Below, piece by piece: positions 32,270 through 44,971 of a stretch of DNA of 64,000 nt (its first letter is position 1; every line of letters starts with the position of its first letter). The notes under the pieces were generated by a model, which saw only the letters and a program-made list of their open reading frames with translations, made no database searches and was not told where the DNA came from. The stretch is taken from NCBI RefSeq assembly GCF_009914755.1, contig NC_060933.1, one strand, 5' to 3'. The DNA comes from the human T2T-CHM13v2.0 reference genome, Homo sapiens. The translations under genes and the position numbers were made by a program.

Positions 32270-33009
32270 GCATGGCCATTATTAATATTAAAGAGTCAAA
32301 AAAAAAAAAAAACCAGGTACTGGCGAGGTTGTGGAGAAAAAGGAATGCTTTTACACTGCTGGTGGGATGGTAAATTAGTTCAACCACTGTGGAAGACAGT
32401 ATGGGAATTCCTGAAAGACCTAGAGGCAGAAATACCATTCAACTCAGCAATCTCATTACTGGGTACATACCCACCAAAATATAAATCATTCTGTCAGAAA
32501 GGCACATGCACATGTACATTCATTGCAGCACTATTCACAATAGCAAAGACATGGAATCAACCTAAATGTCCATCAGTGATAGACTGGATAAAGCAAATGT
32601 GGTACATACGCACCATGGAATACTATGCAGCCATAAAAAGGAATGAGATCATGTCCTTTGCAAGAACATGGATGGAGCTGGAGGACATGATCCTTAGCAA
32701 ACTAACACAGGAACAGAAAATCAAATATTGCATGTTCTCACTTATAAGTGGAAGCTAAATGATGAGAACACATAGACACATGGGGGGAAACAACACACAC
32801 TGGGGCCTGTCGGAGGGCAGGGTGGGTGGAAGGAGAGAGAGCATCAGGAAGAATAGCTAGTGGATGCTAGGCTTAATACCTGGGTGATGAGATGATCTGT
32901 GCAGCAAACCACCACGGCACACATTTACCTGTATAACAAACCTGCACATGCACTTTAAAGGTAGAAGTAAAAAAATAATAAAATAAAATATCGATAGTTT
33001 AAAAAAAGA
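32270..33009 (+). mobile_element. 5'-truncated older L1PA (3' end)
   Basis: ORF 32345-32758 is the ORF2p C-terminus ([14 protein letters not shown]…MFSLISGS*); TSD AAGAAAGCCATT at 32258-32269 and 33010-33021. Confidence 0.93.
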
Positions 33010-33538
33010 AAGAAAGCCATTCCAAATGGGGTAAACACCTCTTTTCCAAATCACCTTGCAAAATAGTTAGGGATTTGTGTGAAGGAACGCTACTTGACAG
33101 CATCCCAAAATGGGCTCATTATCCTTGCTAGTCTGCTCTTCCAAGCCCTGATCACTGCAGTCAAGGAGAAGGAATTCTTTCTGATTCTAGAATGCAGATA
33201 GACTCCATTAGAACAAGTAGTATTTTGGGTAAAATAAAGAAGAGATAAGCTGAGGTAAATACCTAGACTAATGACAAGAGAGCCTTATGTTTAGCATAGA
33301 CTTCTAGTTCAGTGTTTTTAAGCATATAACTGCTCATTATGTCTTCATTAAAGCATTTCAAGGGATCCCCAGGTGAATTATAATGATTAAAAATAATGCA
33401 AAGCAAAAAGCTTTTGGATCTACGTTGGTGAACAAAAAGACTCCTCTTAAAAGGAGAGAGTGGCTCAGCTCCAAAAGTCTCATGGAACAGTCTAAGAAGA
33501 AGGGAAATCTATAATAGGCAATTTTTAGGGTAGAAGAT

Positions 33539-33902
33539 TGATATGGTTTGACTGTGTCCCCACCCAAATCTCATCTTGAATTGTAGCTCCCATAATCCCC
33601 AGGTGTCATGGGAGGGGCCTGGTAGGAGGTAATTGAATTATGAGGGCAAGTTTTTCCCATGTTGTTCCCATGACAGTAAATAAGTCTCATGAGGTCTGAT
33701 GGTTTTATAAAGGGCAGTTCCCCTCCACATGCTTTCTTGCCTGCCACCATGTAAGACATGCCTTTGCTCCTCCTTTGCCTTCCACCGTGATTGTGAGGCC
33801 TCCTCAGCCATGTGGAACTGTGAATCCATTAAACTTCATTTTCTTTTTAAATAACCCAGTCTCGGGTATTTCTTCACAGCAGTATGAAGGTGGACTAATA
33901 TG
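33539..33902 (+). mobile_element. THE1 (THE1C-like) solo LTR
   Basis: TGATATGGTTTGACTGTGTCCCCACCCAAATCTC…; TSD AAGAT at 33534-33538 and 33903-33907. Confidence 0.92.
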
Positions 33903-36900
33903 AAGATATATGTTAATGTCAATTTAAGAAGACTCACCTTTAAATAAAACTGTCAGGCAACAATGTCACATGGCTTTATTTCTGTTTGACTGCAGGAGCA
34001 CGTGAGAAATAGACCCCTTAAGGGATTTTCCCTAAGACAGGAGATCCAAGCCTCCTAATGTTCATTCTCAAATCTATTCAGAGATTACTTGGTGGCCAAA
34101 TAAAAAGATTGAAGGAAAATTACCATTTAACTTATAGGACAGTCTACAACTGAAATTAATGGCGAGATTAAAAAAAGAAAAACCCACCAAAATGTTGCTC
34201 ATCTTTTATATGAACTCAAATACCTTCTGGCTTCTTTAAATGAAAAGTCTGACATTTTTCCTGGCAGTATTGCTGAAAAGATAAGACAAATGGAAATTCC
34301 TGAGATGATCTGGGATACTTATCAGGAGGAACAGCTTCAAGGGAAATGTCTGCTTTCTCTCTCTTGCAAATTACGAAACCATTGACAGAAAGAAACACGT
34401 TGGTATTTGATAATAAGAAGGCAGCGTGTATCATAATATTCTAGGGCATATCTGTTCAGTGTAAAAAGAAATTGATCTGCGTAATAGTCGAGAGTCATTA
34501 CATCACCATTCCCTGCCTACCCACTCCCTAGTTAGCCCCTGTGTGGCCACAGAGTGGCTGTAAAATGGCCCACTGTGCTATTTATATCCATTGCTGCCAG
34601 TGTTACTTTGATCTAAACCTTGAGATTCACAAACAGCAGAAGAGGGAATGTTGGTAATGACAATCACTGTCTCAGGAAATAGTTTACAGTGACAGTGGAT
34701 TCTATTTCAATTTCTGGACTCCAAGGTAGCGTTCACCACTGCCCCACTGGGGCCACCTATGGGATTAACATTGGCAGTGCCCCAAATACACTATGTATAC
34801 TTTCTGGTTCTTACCCAGCATCAAATTCAATCCCAAAAAGCAAACACTCGTTTCACTTACTCACTTCCTTAAGACTCAGTGCTAACTTGGAGCATATTTT
34901 CCTGCTGCAAGATTTTAAGTTTTTATTGGTCCTGGAGGGGCCAGAAAAGCTACAGAAAGGCCTTTGCTTGCAGTACCAGCTTCAAAAACTTTCAGCTAAA
35001 AGCAGGAAAGTCAAAAGCATCAAATACAGTCTTATAAAGGCTATTTTGATTTAGAGAAAGCTTTTGAATTTGCGTTTAGTTGCGAATCCTGATGGCAAGA
35101 TTAACACTGTTTATGCGGAGAAAAACCTTCATGGAGGTGAGATGAGTGCCCGTTTTCGGTGAGAATGGCAGGATGTGCTACACGTAGATTGGGTTAACTA
35201 TGTTGGCCCCTCTCTGCTACTCTTCTGCTTAAAACGTTTCACAGGTTCTCTATGGTACTAATGCATATTTATCAGAATTCTGTTGGTAGCAAGGCACAAA
35301 AACCTAACTTAAAAAGCTTTAGCTTAAAAGTATGTTTATTGGTTCATGTGGCTGAAAATTCCAGCGCATGGGACTGGTTTCAGCTGGATCCAGGAGTTCA
35401 AATAATACTGCCAAGATTTTCTCTGTCTCAGGGTGAGGTCTGGGCAATCTTTGTGCCTGGGGTGCAAGATTTCAGGCAGCAGGTCATGCAAGTACTGACT
35501 CTGCTCTAGCAGGGCCCTGAGAGACAGAGCCCATGTACACAGGCTTGCCTTCTTAAATTTGCAATGTAGGCATCTTGCCTGCCTTACCCTGGACCCTCTT
35601 TTTCTCTTAGCTTTTTTTTTCATGTTCCTTTCTTTCTTGGGTGAGTTCTTCTCACTCGGTGCGCAGAAGCTCACCAAAGCACCAGACATGGTTCTACCAC
35701 ATCACCAGACTTTTTCCTTATCACCTCTGCCTCCCTAAAACTCTTTTTCCATTTATTTCAGGAAAGAATGACCCCAAGACTTGGGCTCATTGGCTCTTAT
35801 TAGCCCCACTTGAGTGTGGAAGAGTCACTCAATAGAATGTGCTCCCCAAACTGTTTCCTTTTCCTCCCGAGCACACAGCTAAGCACATTCCCCAGGTTCC
35901 TCGCATCTAGGTCTGGTCATGTGCACAGTGCCAGGTAGGGAAATGTAAGTAAAAATAAAGACCATCTCCTCCAGACCTGGACCCACTCCACATTCACTTC
36001 TTCACTCATTGTCTGGGCATAGAACATTCAGCAGGTGACAGCGCCATTAGATGAAATGAGCCTAGATCCCTGAGTCACCACTTGGAGGAAGCCATACTGA
36101 AGAACCACCTGATCAGGAGCGTGCACAATGTTTTGTTTGTTTGTTTTTGTGAGGGGGAAACCAGCCATTGAGATTTAGAGACTGTTACAACAGCTAGTGT
36201 TACTCATTCTCTGTAATCCATTGAGTGTTTGCCTCTTGTTGAACCCATTAGTAGTATCAAAAATGATGGGATGTTCTGAGCAGCCAGCCATTGGTCATGT
36301 GCTCATCTTTGGAGCCCTGAGTTAGGTAGAGCCCTATCCCCAACCATAAAAAAGTTAGAGCAGAAGTAATTCCCCCAAAGAAAACCAAGATGCCATTACT
36401 AGAATAAGGGGGAGAAGATGCAGCACAGACAACAAACGTGACGTGCACAACAGCCCCACACGTCCCTCTCAGGCTGGCCTCTAATGCAGTGCTTGAGGAA
36501 CACCCAGCATTTTGAGGTCCTTTTCAAGCCATATCCCTGCTCTCATTCTTGCTCTTCCTCTCCATCTTCCCTCTTGCTCACCTTCTCAGCCCCCACTCTC
36601 TTACCCTCCATTCACCTTCTGGAAATTCTGCTGATTTTTAAAACGCGGCTTGGATATCCCTTCCTTCCTGACGTTTCTTCACATTCAAGCTAAGTTTTAT
36701 GTTCTTCTCTTTCTCTCATGGGGCCCTGTGATTTCTCTTTCTTTGTCTTTACTTCATTATTTAGAAATTATTAACTGTGAAACTCTCAAAGCCGGGATAG
36801 GCCTAGTCATCATTTTGTCCCCAACACCTAGCACAGTGCTTCCATCTGGTTGAAATGTTCAGATGAATAAAGAAAGGAATATAGTCCAATCATCAAACCG

Positions 36901-37104
36901 TGGGCTAAATTCATCTTTGCAGTGGCTATCCACAGGATAGCTAAATCCACATTTCCACTCCTATCATTAAGGAAGTAATAAATTTTATAATCAAAAACAA
37001 TCAGTTACATGCATGTTTCTGAAACCATATGTCTATTTTGCAACTCTTATTGTGTTAGTAAATCTAAGGGCTAACTTTTGAGTAAGATAAGGTCTTATTA
37101 ATTT

Positions 37105-39099
37105 ATTTTTTTAATCTAAAATAGATTTATTGCATTTCACGCAGTTTGAAGGCCATGGAAAGGGGACTAGCACAGTTTTTAATGCATTTAAAAAATAAAA
37201 GGGAGGAGGGCAGCAAACACATAAAGTCCTAGTGTCCTGGGTCCCTGGGAGAAAAGAGTGTGGCAATGAACCCACCCACTCTCCATGGGGAATAAATCTG
37301 TCTCTTAAATGCAAGGAATATTTCCATGGCCTCTGGATGCAAATACACAGAGCTTTGGGGTAAGAGCAAGGGATGGGGAGAGGACCACTAGTGAAAACGC
37401 AGCTACACATATTGACCTAATTCAATCTGAGGGTAGAACAACATGGCAAATCTTGGGGGCAGCAGCTGTTCCAAGGGTCAAGAAATATCGTACACCCACG
37501 GGGAGATTTGCTTCTAAAAAGAAGTGGCGGTGAGAAACAAAACAAAACAAAACAAACAAAAGGAGAAATATTTCTTCAGCCACACTCTTCAAGAAAATGC
37601 CACAAATATGTGATTTAATATTTTAATTTCATAGCATTGGACACACAGCTCAACATATTGAAATATTGATTCCTTGGAGAAAAAAGGAAACAAAAAATAT
37701 TGCATCTTTCTGTTGGAGAATCTCGGCCCCCAGGCATGAGGCCTAGTGCGCCATTGTCCTAGCCTGCAGGAGGAGCTGAGGTCGGCCGGGTCTTCTGGGG
37801 AAGAAGGCTGTGTTCATGACCTGGGGCTGTACGGCAAAAATTGTGTTGAGTGTCCTCGGCCTTGCCAGCTCCGGCCCTCAGCCGCCAGTCACCCGGGGGG
37901 CCTGCCCATCAGAGGGCTGGTTGACTGACTGGAAAAACATGGGCTGGGCAGGTCCTGGCCCGCAGGTATGGATACTTGCTGGATCTGGTAGAGCTGCTGT
38001 GCATCTGTGAACTGGCTGAACTACTGCTGTCTTTGCTGGACCTCTGTCTGTGTAATCGGTTGAGCGCTGGTGGCAAGTGTCTGGATCTGTCCCTGCAGAA
38101 CGTGGGTGCCTGATACAGACTGGGCTAAGCGGATACACTGCAGCTGGCCAGCCTTCAGCTGCACCGGGATCTGCTGGATCTCTCCTGTGTTAGTGAGGAT
38201 CTGCTACATCACCTGCACGGTCCATCCAGTACCACTCTGGGCCTACTGGGCTTGACCCTGTGGCTGGGCCTGGACAATCTGCACCTGCTGACCTTCTCCA
38301 ACCTGCGTCGTCACGGGCGTGGTCTGGCCCTGCTGAAGCTGTGCGATGATGATCTGCCCAGGCTGCATGGTGGTCATGGAGCTGGCGGTGGTCTGGCCTT
38401 GCTGCTGTCCCTGGACTTGGACGGGCGGTGGGCTGCTGAGCCAGCGTGAAATAGTATTGGACTGGCTCAGCAGGAGTTACAGACTGCAGCACCTCCTCCT
38501 GACACTTTGGAGGTTTCAGTTCATCTCTTAGAACAATATCGATGAGAAAATCCAATTGATCAAATTTCGTAATTGCCATGGCGACATAAGTCCGGCACTT
38601 GTTATCCTCTGTGTGAATCCAGGCTCGAAGAGTCAACTCTGTGATAAAAAATCTGGGCTGCCCTGGCAAAGAGCACAGGGGCCTCTGCACTGATCATCTT
38701 CACATCTTCATCCAGTTTCATAATCTTCTTAATACGAGCCAGTGGGAGTTCCTGCATTCAGAAATCTTTCACTGCTAAATTCCAGATTTCTTCCATGACC
38801 CGAAGCCAGAAGGACTTTAGGCTTTGCTGGGCATCACTGCGGCTAGTACCACCAAATCCTCCTTCTGTGGACATTTCGACAAACGCCTCTTCAGGGAGTC
38901 CAGGAAGAGCAGGAGCCGCCCTGGCGCTCCTGCGGAGTCGGGCACTGCATAGGCTCAGGCACCGCGGAGGTGAGGGGGGAAGCGGGAGTCTCGGAGAACG
39001 CAGCACGCGCGAAGCTGGCGCATAAACGAGATGGCGGCCACGCCGTTTGCACGGTCTCCCCTTTTCCCCTCCCCCTCCCCTGGCGCCCCGACTCCTATA
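37105..39099 (-). pseudogene. NFYCP: Processed pseudogene (retrocopy) of NFYC, nuclear transcription factor Y subunit gamma, with 5'UTR, CDS remnant 38874-37878 and full 3'UTR
   Basis: Intronless translation [38 protein letters not shown]…[28 protein letters not shown]…[16 protein letters not shown]…[17 protein letters not shown]…[22 protein letters not shown] matches the NF-YC histone fold and Q-rich tail. AATAAA at 37131-37126 is followed by an A tail. Short candidate TSD ATTAATTT at 37097-37104 and 39100-39107. Pseudogene number not determined. Confidence 0.96.
38881..39095. promoter_or_regulatory. CpG-dense segment derived from the NFYC 5'UTR, with a YY1-like motif
   Basis: About 21 CpG in ~210 bp by hand count; GAGATGGCGGCC at 39028-39039. 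Activity is not shown. Confidence 0.45.
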
Positions 39100-39999
39100 A
39101 TTAATTTCATGTAAGAGGTATTCTGAGAGCGTAGTTATATCAAAAACTTACCTGCGTTATTTGCGTGTGTGTGTGAAAAATGAAGATAAAGAGCATATTT
39201 AAAAGTAAAATCTACTTTGTGGGAATAGAATTTACTTTTCACTTTTATTTTTCCTTCCCTTTTCCAATGTTTGGGATCCGCAGAGGATGAGTGCTCAACG
39301 TACAGCAGAGAGGAGGATAAAGCTGTAAGCAGTGTCTCAGATTTGATTGTGATCTCTCTCTTAAATAATGTCCTCATTGTCTGATTGAGACAGAAACTCC
39401 CCACCTCCCTATTAAAAATTTTTTTTATAAACCCTGACCCAGAGGTTTCTGAAGCCTCCATTGATAACACACAATGGCCTGTTCTTCTAGGATGTTTCAT
39501 GGCCTTTAAGGAAGGCTCTGTTCGCCCACATGATGAAAGGGTGAGAGATGAGCAAGGAGAAGCCGAGGTTCACCCGCCTCGCCCTGGCTAGGCAGAGGAC
39601 TGTGGGCAAGTGCAGGAATCCATAAAGGACGAGCTGGGCCGAGGGAAGCCACGTTTGTATCTCAAGGACAAGAAATAGGCAAACCTTCACAGGAAATATT
39701 TCCCGGCACCTTTCAGCTTAGAGGACAGAGGAAAGAGGAGGCAAGAAGGAAAAGGGAAATAAAGTCACAGAAGGGGGAGGAAAGGGAGGGAACCTAAGCA
39801 AGCACCACCATGAGCCAGAGCCAGTGTTCAAGGTGGCTTTGCCCCTTTTCTCGTCGTGGGCTTTCCGATGCCAGTCCTCTCCGCCCTGGCCTTTGGCTGA
39901 GGCCATTTTTCAATGGTCTAGAGGTGAAGTATCCCAAGCGGATGTGTCGTGCTGAGCTGTATTTGCACTCTCTGTCAGCTTGGCCTAGTGCCCACCCAT

Positions 40000-40390
40000 T
40001 GTGAAGGCCCTCACTCTAATCCCTGAGCCTGTGAATGTGTCACCTTACATGGCACAGCGGACTTTACCGATGTGAGTAAACTTACAGTCTTTCAGATTAG
40101 ACTGGGCTCATCTGGATTATCCAGATGAGATACAACGTCACTGGCTTTGAAACTGGAGGGAGGGACCACAAGCCAATGGGGGAATGTGGGCTGCCTCTAG
40201 GGGCTGGAAAAGGTCATGGATTCTTCCCGCATTGGACTTCAGAAAGGAAAGTAGCCCCGCTGAAACCTCGATTTTAGCCCAGTGAGACCTATGTCAGACT
40301 TCTGACCGACAGAACTATAAAATAATAAATTTGTATTATTTTAAGCCACTAAATTTATGGTCATTTGTGGCAGCTATGGAAAGCTGATAT
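40000..40390 (+). mobile_element. MLT1D-like LTR
   Basis: CCTGTGAATGTGTCACCTTACATGGC…TTTTAGCCCAGTGAGACC…TTTTAAGCCACTAAATTTATGG. Confidence 0.8.
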
Positions 40391-40816
40391 ATTCATTAAC
40401 AGATCTTCAGAAGAGCTAGAGGCCAGAGGCCAAAAAACACTTCATAGTCTGCTTGGCAGCTAATAGCAGGAAACAAGCATTAAATTGTGTGTCCTGTGCT
40501 TCTCTGCACTAGTCCCACTCTGCTTAGTTATAAAGGGCTGTAATGAGAGGAGGGAGCTGAAAAAGAACTGAAAGTATTTACCGACGTGGAGAGGAAGGAG
40601 ATGACAAAGGTCAGCATAAATGGGGCTGTCTCCCATCTTTTAGGGCAAGTAAAAGGCTGGTGAGCCATAGAGTTGTGAAAATTATATTTTAAAATCAAAG
40701 TTGGGAAAGATTTCAAAGTTGGATTACTTTTTTCAAGCTCTGGGATTGTAAATATATTAAGGTGATAAAATAAAATGGTGCATGTGAGATCTCTTTGAAA
40801 ACTGTAAAATATAAGA

Positions 40817-41250
40817 TGTAGTGGGCTAGATAGTTGTCTCCAAAAGAGTAAGTCCGGGTCCTAATTCCTAGAACATCTAAATGGACCTCATTTGGAAAAA
40901 GGGGCTTTGCCAAGGTGATCACATTAAAGATCATGAGAAAAGGTATTCTGAATTACCCCTAAATGCAATCACATATATTTTCCCAAGACAGCCACAGATA
41001 GGAGAAGAGGAGGAAGCAATGTGGCCACAGAGGCAGAGACTGGAGTGATGGAGCCAAAAGCCAAGGAATGTTGGCAGCTGCCATATGTTGAAGGAGTCAC
41101 AATCTTTCCTCATAATCTGGAGGAAGTGGCACCCTGCCAGCACCTTGATTTCAGACTTCTGGCCTCCAGAACTGTGGGAGGATACCTTTCTGTTATTTTA
41201 AGGCACACAATTTGTGGAAATTAGGTATGGCAGCCCTAGAAAACTCATAT
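40817..41250 (+). mobile_element. MLT1C-like LTR
   Basis: TGTAGTGGGCTAGATAGTTGTCTCCAAAAG…GACTTCTGGCCTCCAGAACTGTGGGAG…GCAGCCCTAGAAAACTCATATA. Confidence 0.8.
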
Positions 41251-44200
41251 ATGTAAGGTTAGGAGCTAAGCTAGAAAATAAAAGTACTACTAGAAATGGC
41301 AATATATTCATTTATGAGTGTTATTAAGTGGTCCACTGACAATCCCATGTTGTAGTAGGATGATGTGATTAGCATGTGAGCCCCTAATCAGAGTTCAAGT
41401 TCATGATTAGGTGGTGAGATCCTTGAGGATCCTGTCATCCCATAGTGCTGGGTGCCAAATAGGTGCCCAATAGATATTTTCTGGTTTGCATATCATAACA
41501 AGGAGTAATTCCTCCAAACAGGAGCTCATCAAGAATGTGGAAAAGTAGAACTGCTCCCATCAGGAATCGTGGCCCTGTGGAACCCCAGCTCACTCTTTCT
41601 CTTGGGAGCTACTGAATTCTCAGGAAAAGCCTATACCAAGTCCAGCAACTTCAGGGCCATCTGTGACACTCTGTGGACCCCTCATGAAGGTTTTCCCCCT
41701 AACTCTTATGCAAGAGAAGTTGACCATGCCCCAAAGCCACATCGACCAGACGAATCCCCATGATATGAGGGGATGGGATGAAATTTTCCAAGGTGAGGGT
41801 CGTGAAGCTACCTCTACCCAAGAGGGAGCCCGTTACGTCACATTCCTATTGGCCTCCATTCAAACCTGAGTCCTGCTGCACCGTGAATTTGAGAAAACTT
41901 TTGATCCTCAGATTGCTGCCTCATTTGTTTCTAGAAATGTCTAGAAAGTTTCTAGAAAATAGTCATTTTGTGTGGAAGCCTCCCAAGGTCCTTTACTGGC
42001 TAGCTTTGGCTCCTGTCACAATACCTTTCTCTCAGTCAGCATGACAACCATCTGCCCTTGAGGCTGAGAGGCCAAAACAAATATGATCAGGGTTGCTATC
42101 TTCAGAGTGCTGACAGCACCCTTGGTGTTGGACAACTGGCATGTTGGTTCCAGAATTGTTCCCCAGCCAAGTGCAGCCAGCCCAAGTCACAATGCCAAGG
42201 GTTGGTTCCCAAGGGACTTTGCAGAAACTGCAAAGTGAGAGAGGATACTATATACATTTGGATGAGAAATACGCTTCCATCAGCACTGGTTCCCCCACCC
42301 AATTCAGCAATACAGGAAGCTATTAAAAAGAATGCATGTTTTAGTTACAAGTTTGGCAATTGTTCATTTATCACTGTACAGTCTCCTTACACCCAAATAT
42401 GCCCAGGAGTCAAACGTCCCAAATCTCTTTTCTCTCTCGTGGATGAAATTAATCATTTATTCAAATGAGATTTTCTGTGCTACATTGGCATGACCGCCCC
42501 TGTCTGGGATCCTGATGTCCCACTCAAGAGAATGGCTCTGTTGTTCTCCTTCTCAGACTGAAGCCCAGAGCAGCTAATTCGCCTCCTCACAGTGGCAGCA
42601 TCCACACTGTGAATTTGTAGGTCAGGATGTCTGTTAATTCTTTTGATCCTATGGCTTCCTTCCTTGCTGCAACACTTCATGCATCTAGTCTGGTTGTGTT
42701 AGGATGGCTATGACCAGTTTTTGTCATGGTAATTGGGTTATATTCCATTCTATTTTAAAAGTAGAAGTATGATGCTTTGTTGAGGCAGTAACAATTCCTG
42801 TTATGTCAACTGCACGTTGCAGAACAAATTCAGTTTTCAGTGATTCTGTTTTTTGAGATGAAATTGGAAAGGACTTTGGAAATTGTCTGGCTCAAATTCT
42901 CCATTTTGAGATTCTTCCAAAGTCAAAAGCTTGTCTGTAATGGAGCAGGATTTGCAGTCAATTCTCAAAGTCCCCATTCTAAGCTCTTACCATGACCTCA
43001 AGCTTCCCAGAACATGATTGTCTGAAGATCCTTGACTATCTTGCATTTCCTTGTCAGTAATCCCATGTCTCATGTTCCTCCTGGAAAGGAATTTTGATAT
43101 CCATTTATTTTGATAGGAGAGTCCTGGCCATCATCTGGCATGAGCTGCAGAGAAGCTTGTGTCCATCTATGAGGTGGGAGGCATATTATTTCCCAACCTA
43201 ATTGCAGCTAAGCCACCAAGACTCTAGATGTTAGGGTGCAATGACAGTCGTCCTGAATGTTGGCTCTTGTTTGACAGCATCATTCACTCTTACTGCTGGG
43301 ACTCACACATGGCAACAATGGGACCCTGAATGAGTTAAGGTGGATGCATTGATGGCCCCTCCTGTACTGCATTAGATGGCATCTGTGTAACCAGCTCATG
43401 AAGTTTGGCAGAACATGGAGAAAGACATGAGTAAAGAAGGCATGCTCTTCCCTTGGATGAAAGCACTATTCAAGCATCTCTCAGATAAGAGTTCCTGGCA
43501 TGATACATTATCCTATTTTACCTTCTGAACAGGGTTGTGTTGAGGATAAAATAGCAAGATGACATGTAAAAGCACATAGAAGGTTTTCATGAGTAAAAAT
43601 TAATATGACTGCTAAGTACTTGACTTTATATTACTAGTCCCTTTTAAAATGTATTTTTTAAACATGGACAAAATTGCCACATAATATGTAATATAAATTA
43701 TCTGGGAAAAATTTGCTAACCCTCTTATTTTGGCCAAATGTCTCCCCCAGATGGATGTGGAACTAAGACTCAGATCCAATATTGGCTGTGCCAAATGAAG
43801 AAATGGAAATAGATTTGAAAGGTGGGAACTTTGAATGGAAAACTTTTTTTCCTTGCTTTCCAACCTAGAATCTGTTCAAAAGTGTTAGACAGCTCTCAGA
43901 ATGCACAGTGGGAGAATAAAATTTCAAATGGAAAATTTTAAGTGCCAAGAGCCTCTCATCACTAGGATAACATTTTGTTTTTTCTTTCTTGAATTGTCTG
44001 ACTTCCTGTCCTTTGCTGAACTATTTTGTAACCATTTTATTAGTATTTATATGTTACATAAAATATTTTGGTTTGGGTTTTCTATAGGTTTTTGAAGGCA
44101 TGTGAAATAAGGTCAAATCTTGTATTTTTGTAAAATTTTATCAATAATTCCTAAAGAAGAGGTTCAAAGGGTGGCGATAGAGAGAGGAGAGCAGTTAGTC

Positions 44201-44261
44201 CTAACCCTTAACGTTATTCTCCTCTTTTGGCACTTTGGTTCTTAGTAAGGAACAAGTCTTT

Positions 44262-44405
44262 CTTTTTCTTTTCTTTTTTTTTTTTTTTTTTTTGAGACAG
44301 GGTTTCCCTCTGTCACCCAGGCTGGAGTGCAGCAGCACTATTGTGGCTCACTGCAGCGTCAACCTTCTGGGCTCCAGCGATCCTCTTGCCTCAGCCTCCT
44401 TGAGT
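44262..44405 (-). mobile_element. Truncated AluJ right arm with poly(A) tail
   Basis: Poly(T), then GAGACAGGGT…CTGCAGCGTCAACCTTCTGGGCTCCAGCGATCCTC. Confidence 0.85.
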
Positions 44406-44916
44406 GAGTCTTCCTTGAACATTTACTTTCAACCAGGTTTGATTATAAGTGGTTTTGTTTCCTTTTGGTTTTGCTTTTGCTTTTTTCTGAATTCAGCATT
44501 TTCTTGTAAGTTGTCACAGTTACACTAATTCTTAAGGAAATAGATTCACTCCACATTTGCGTTGTTGGAGTTGTAGCTACCTTCTTTGTGTAAGTGGTTC
44601 ACTGATGTGTTTTTTGGGATAATCAATACAGATGAATATTATATATTCATCAGATTTCAGATTAGCAGTCCTCGAATACAAGGACATTGTTTGGTAAATA
44701 TGAGCGAAAGAGGAAATCTTTAAAGTTAGTGCAGTTGACTCACAAGATTGATGCACTGAGAACAAACTCCATGTCATCTCCATCCCTGGATCTCAGGGAG
44801 TGGCCTTCTTCCTCTCTTGCTCTCTGATATGTGACAGTTTGTAAGGTTGCACGAGAAGTTTATCTAGATAGTGGCCTCCAAGTAGACCCCCAGTGGTCAC
44901 AGAACGGAAAGACTCC

Positions 44917-44971
44917 CAAATTAATGTCCAACCGAATTTGGACACAAATTAATGTCCAACCAATTTGGACA
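44917..44971. repeat. Tandem duplication of a 27-28 bp unit
   Basis: CAAATTAATGTCCAACC(G)AATTTGGACA occurs twice in tandem. Confidence 0.9.

Noticed and set aside
34689-35054. 121-aa plus-strand ORF
   Set aside because: GTG start, no recognisable domain; a chance ORF of this length is expected in 64 kb.
38190-38690. 166-aa ORF as a functional NF-YC variant
   Set aside because: Only its middle is in the NF-YC frame, between two frameshifts. It has a non-ATG start and out-of-frame ends.
41833-41852. Compact TTACGTCA + CATTCC + ATTGG (CRE/TEAD/CCAAT) motif cluster
   Set aside because: It resembles the CACATTCC-ATTGGCC segment common in old MLT1 LTRs, and nothing else supports it.
42058-42468. 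136-aa plus-strand ORF
   Set aside because: TTG start, no recognisable homology and no exon context.
44917-44971. CRISPR-like palindromic repeat
   Set aside because: Only two abutting units, no spacers, no cas genes, and a eukaryotic context.
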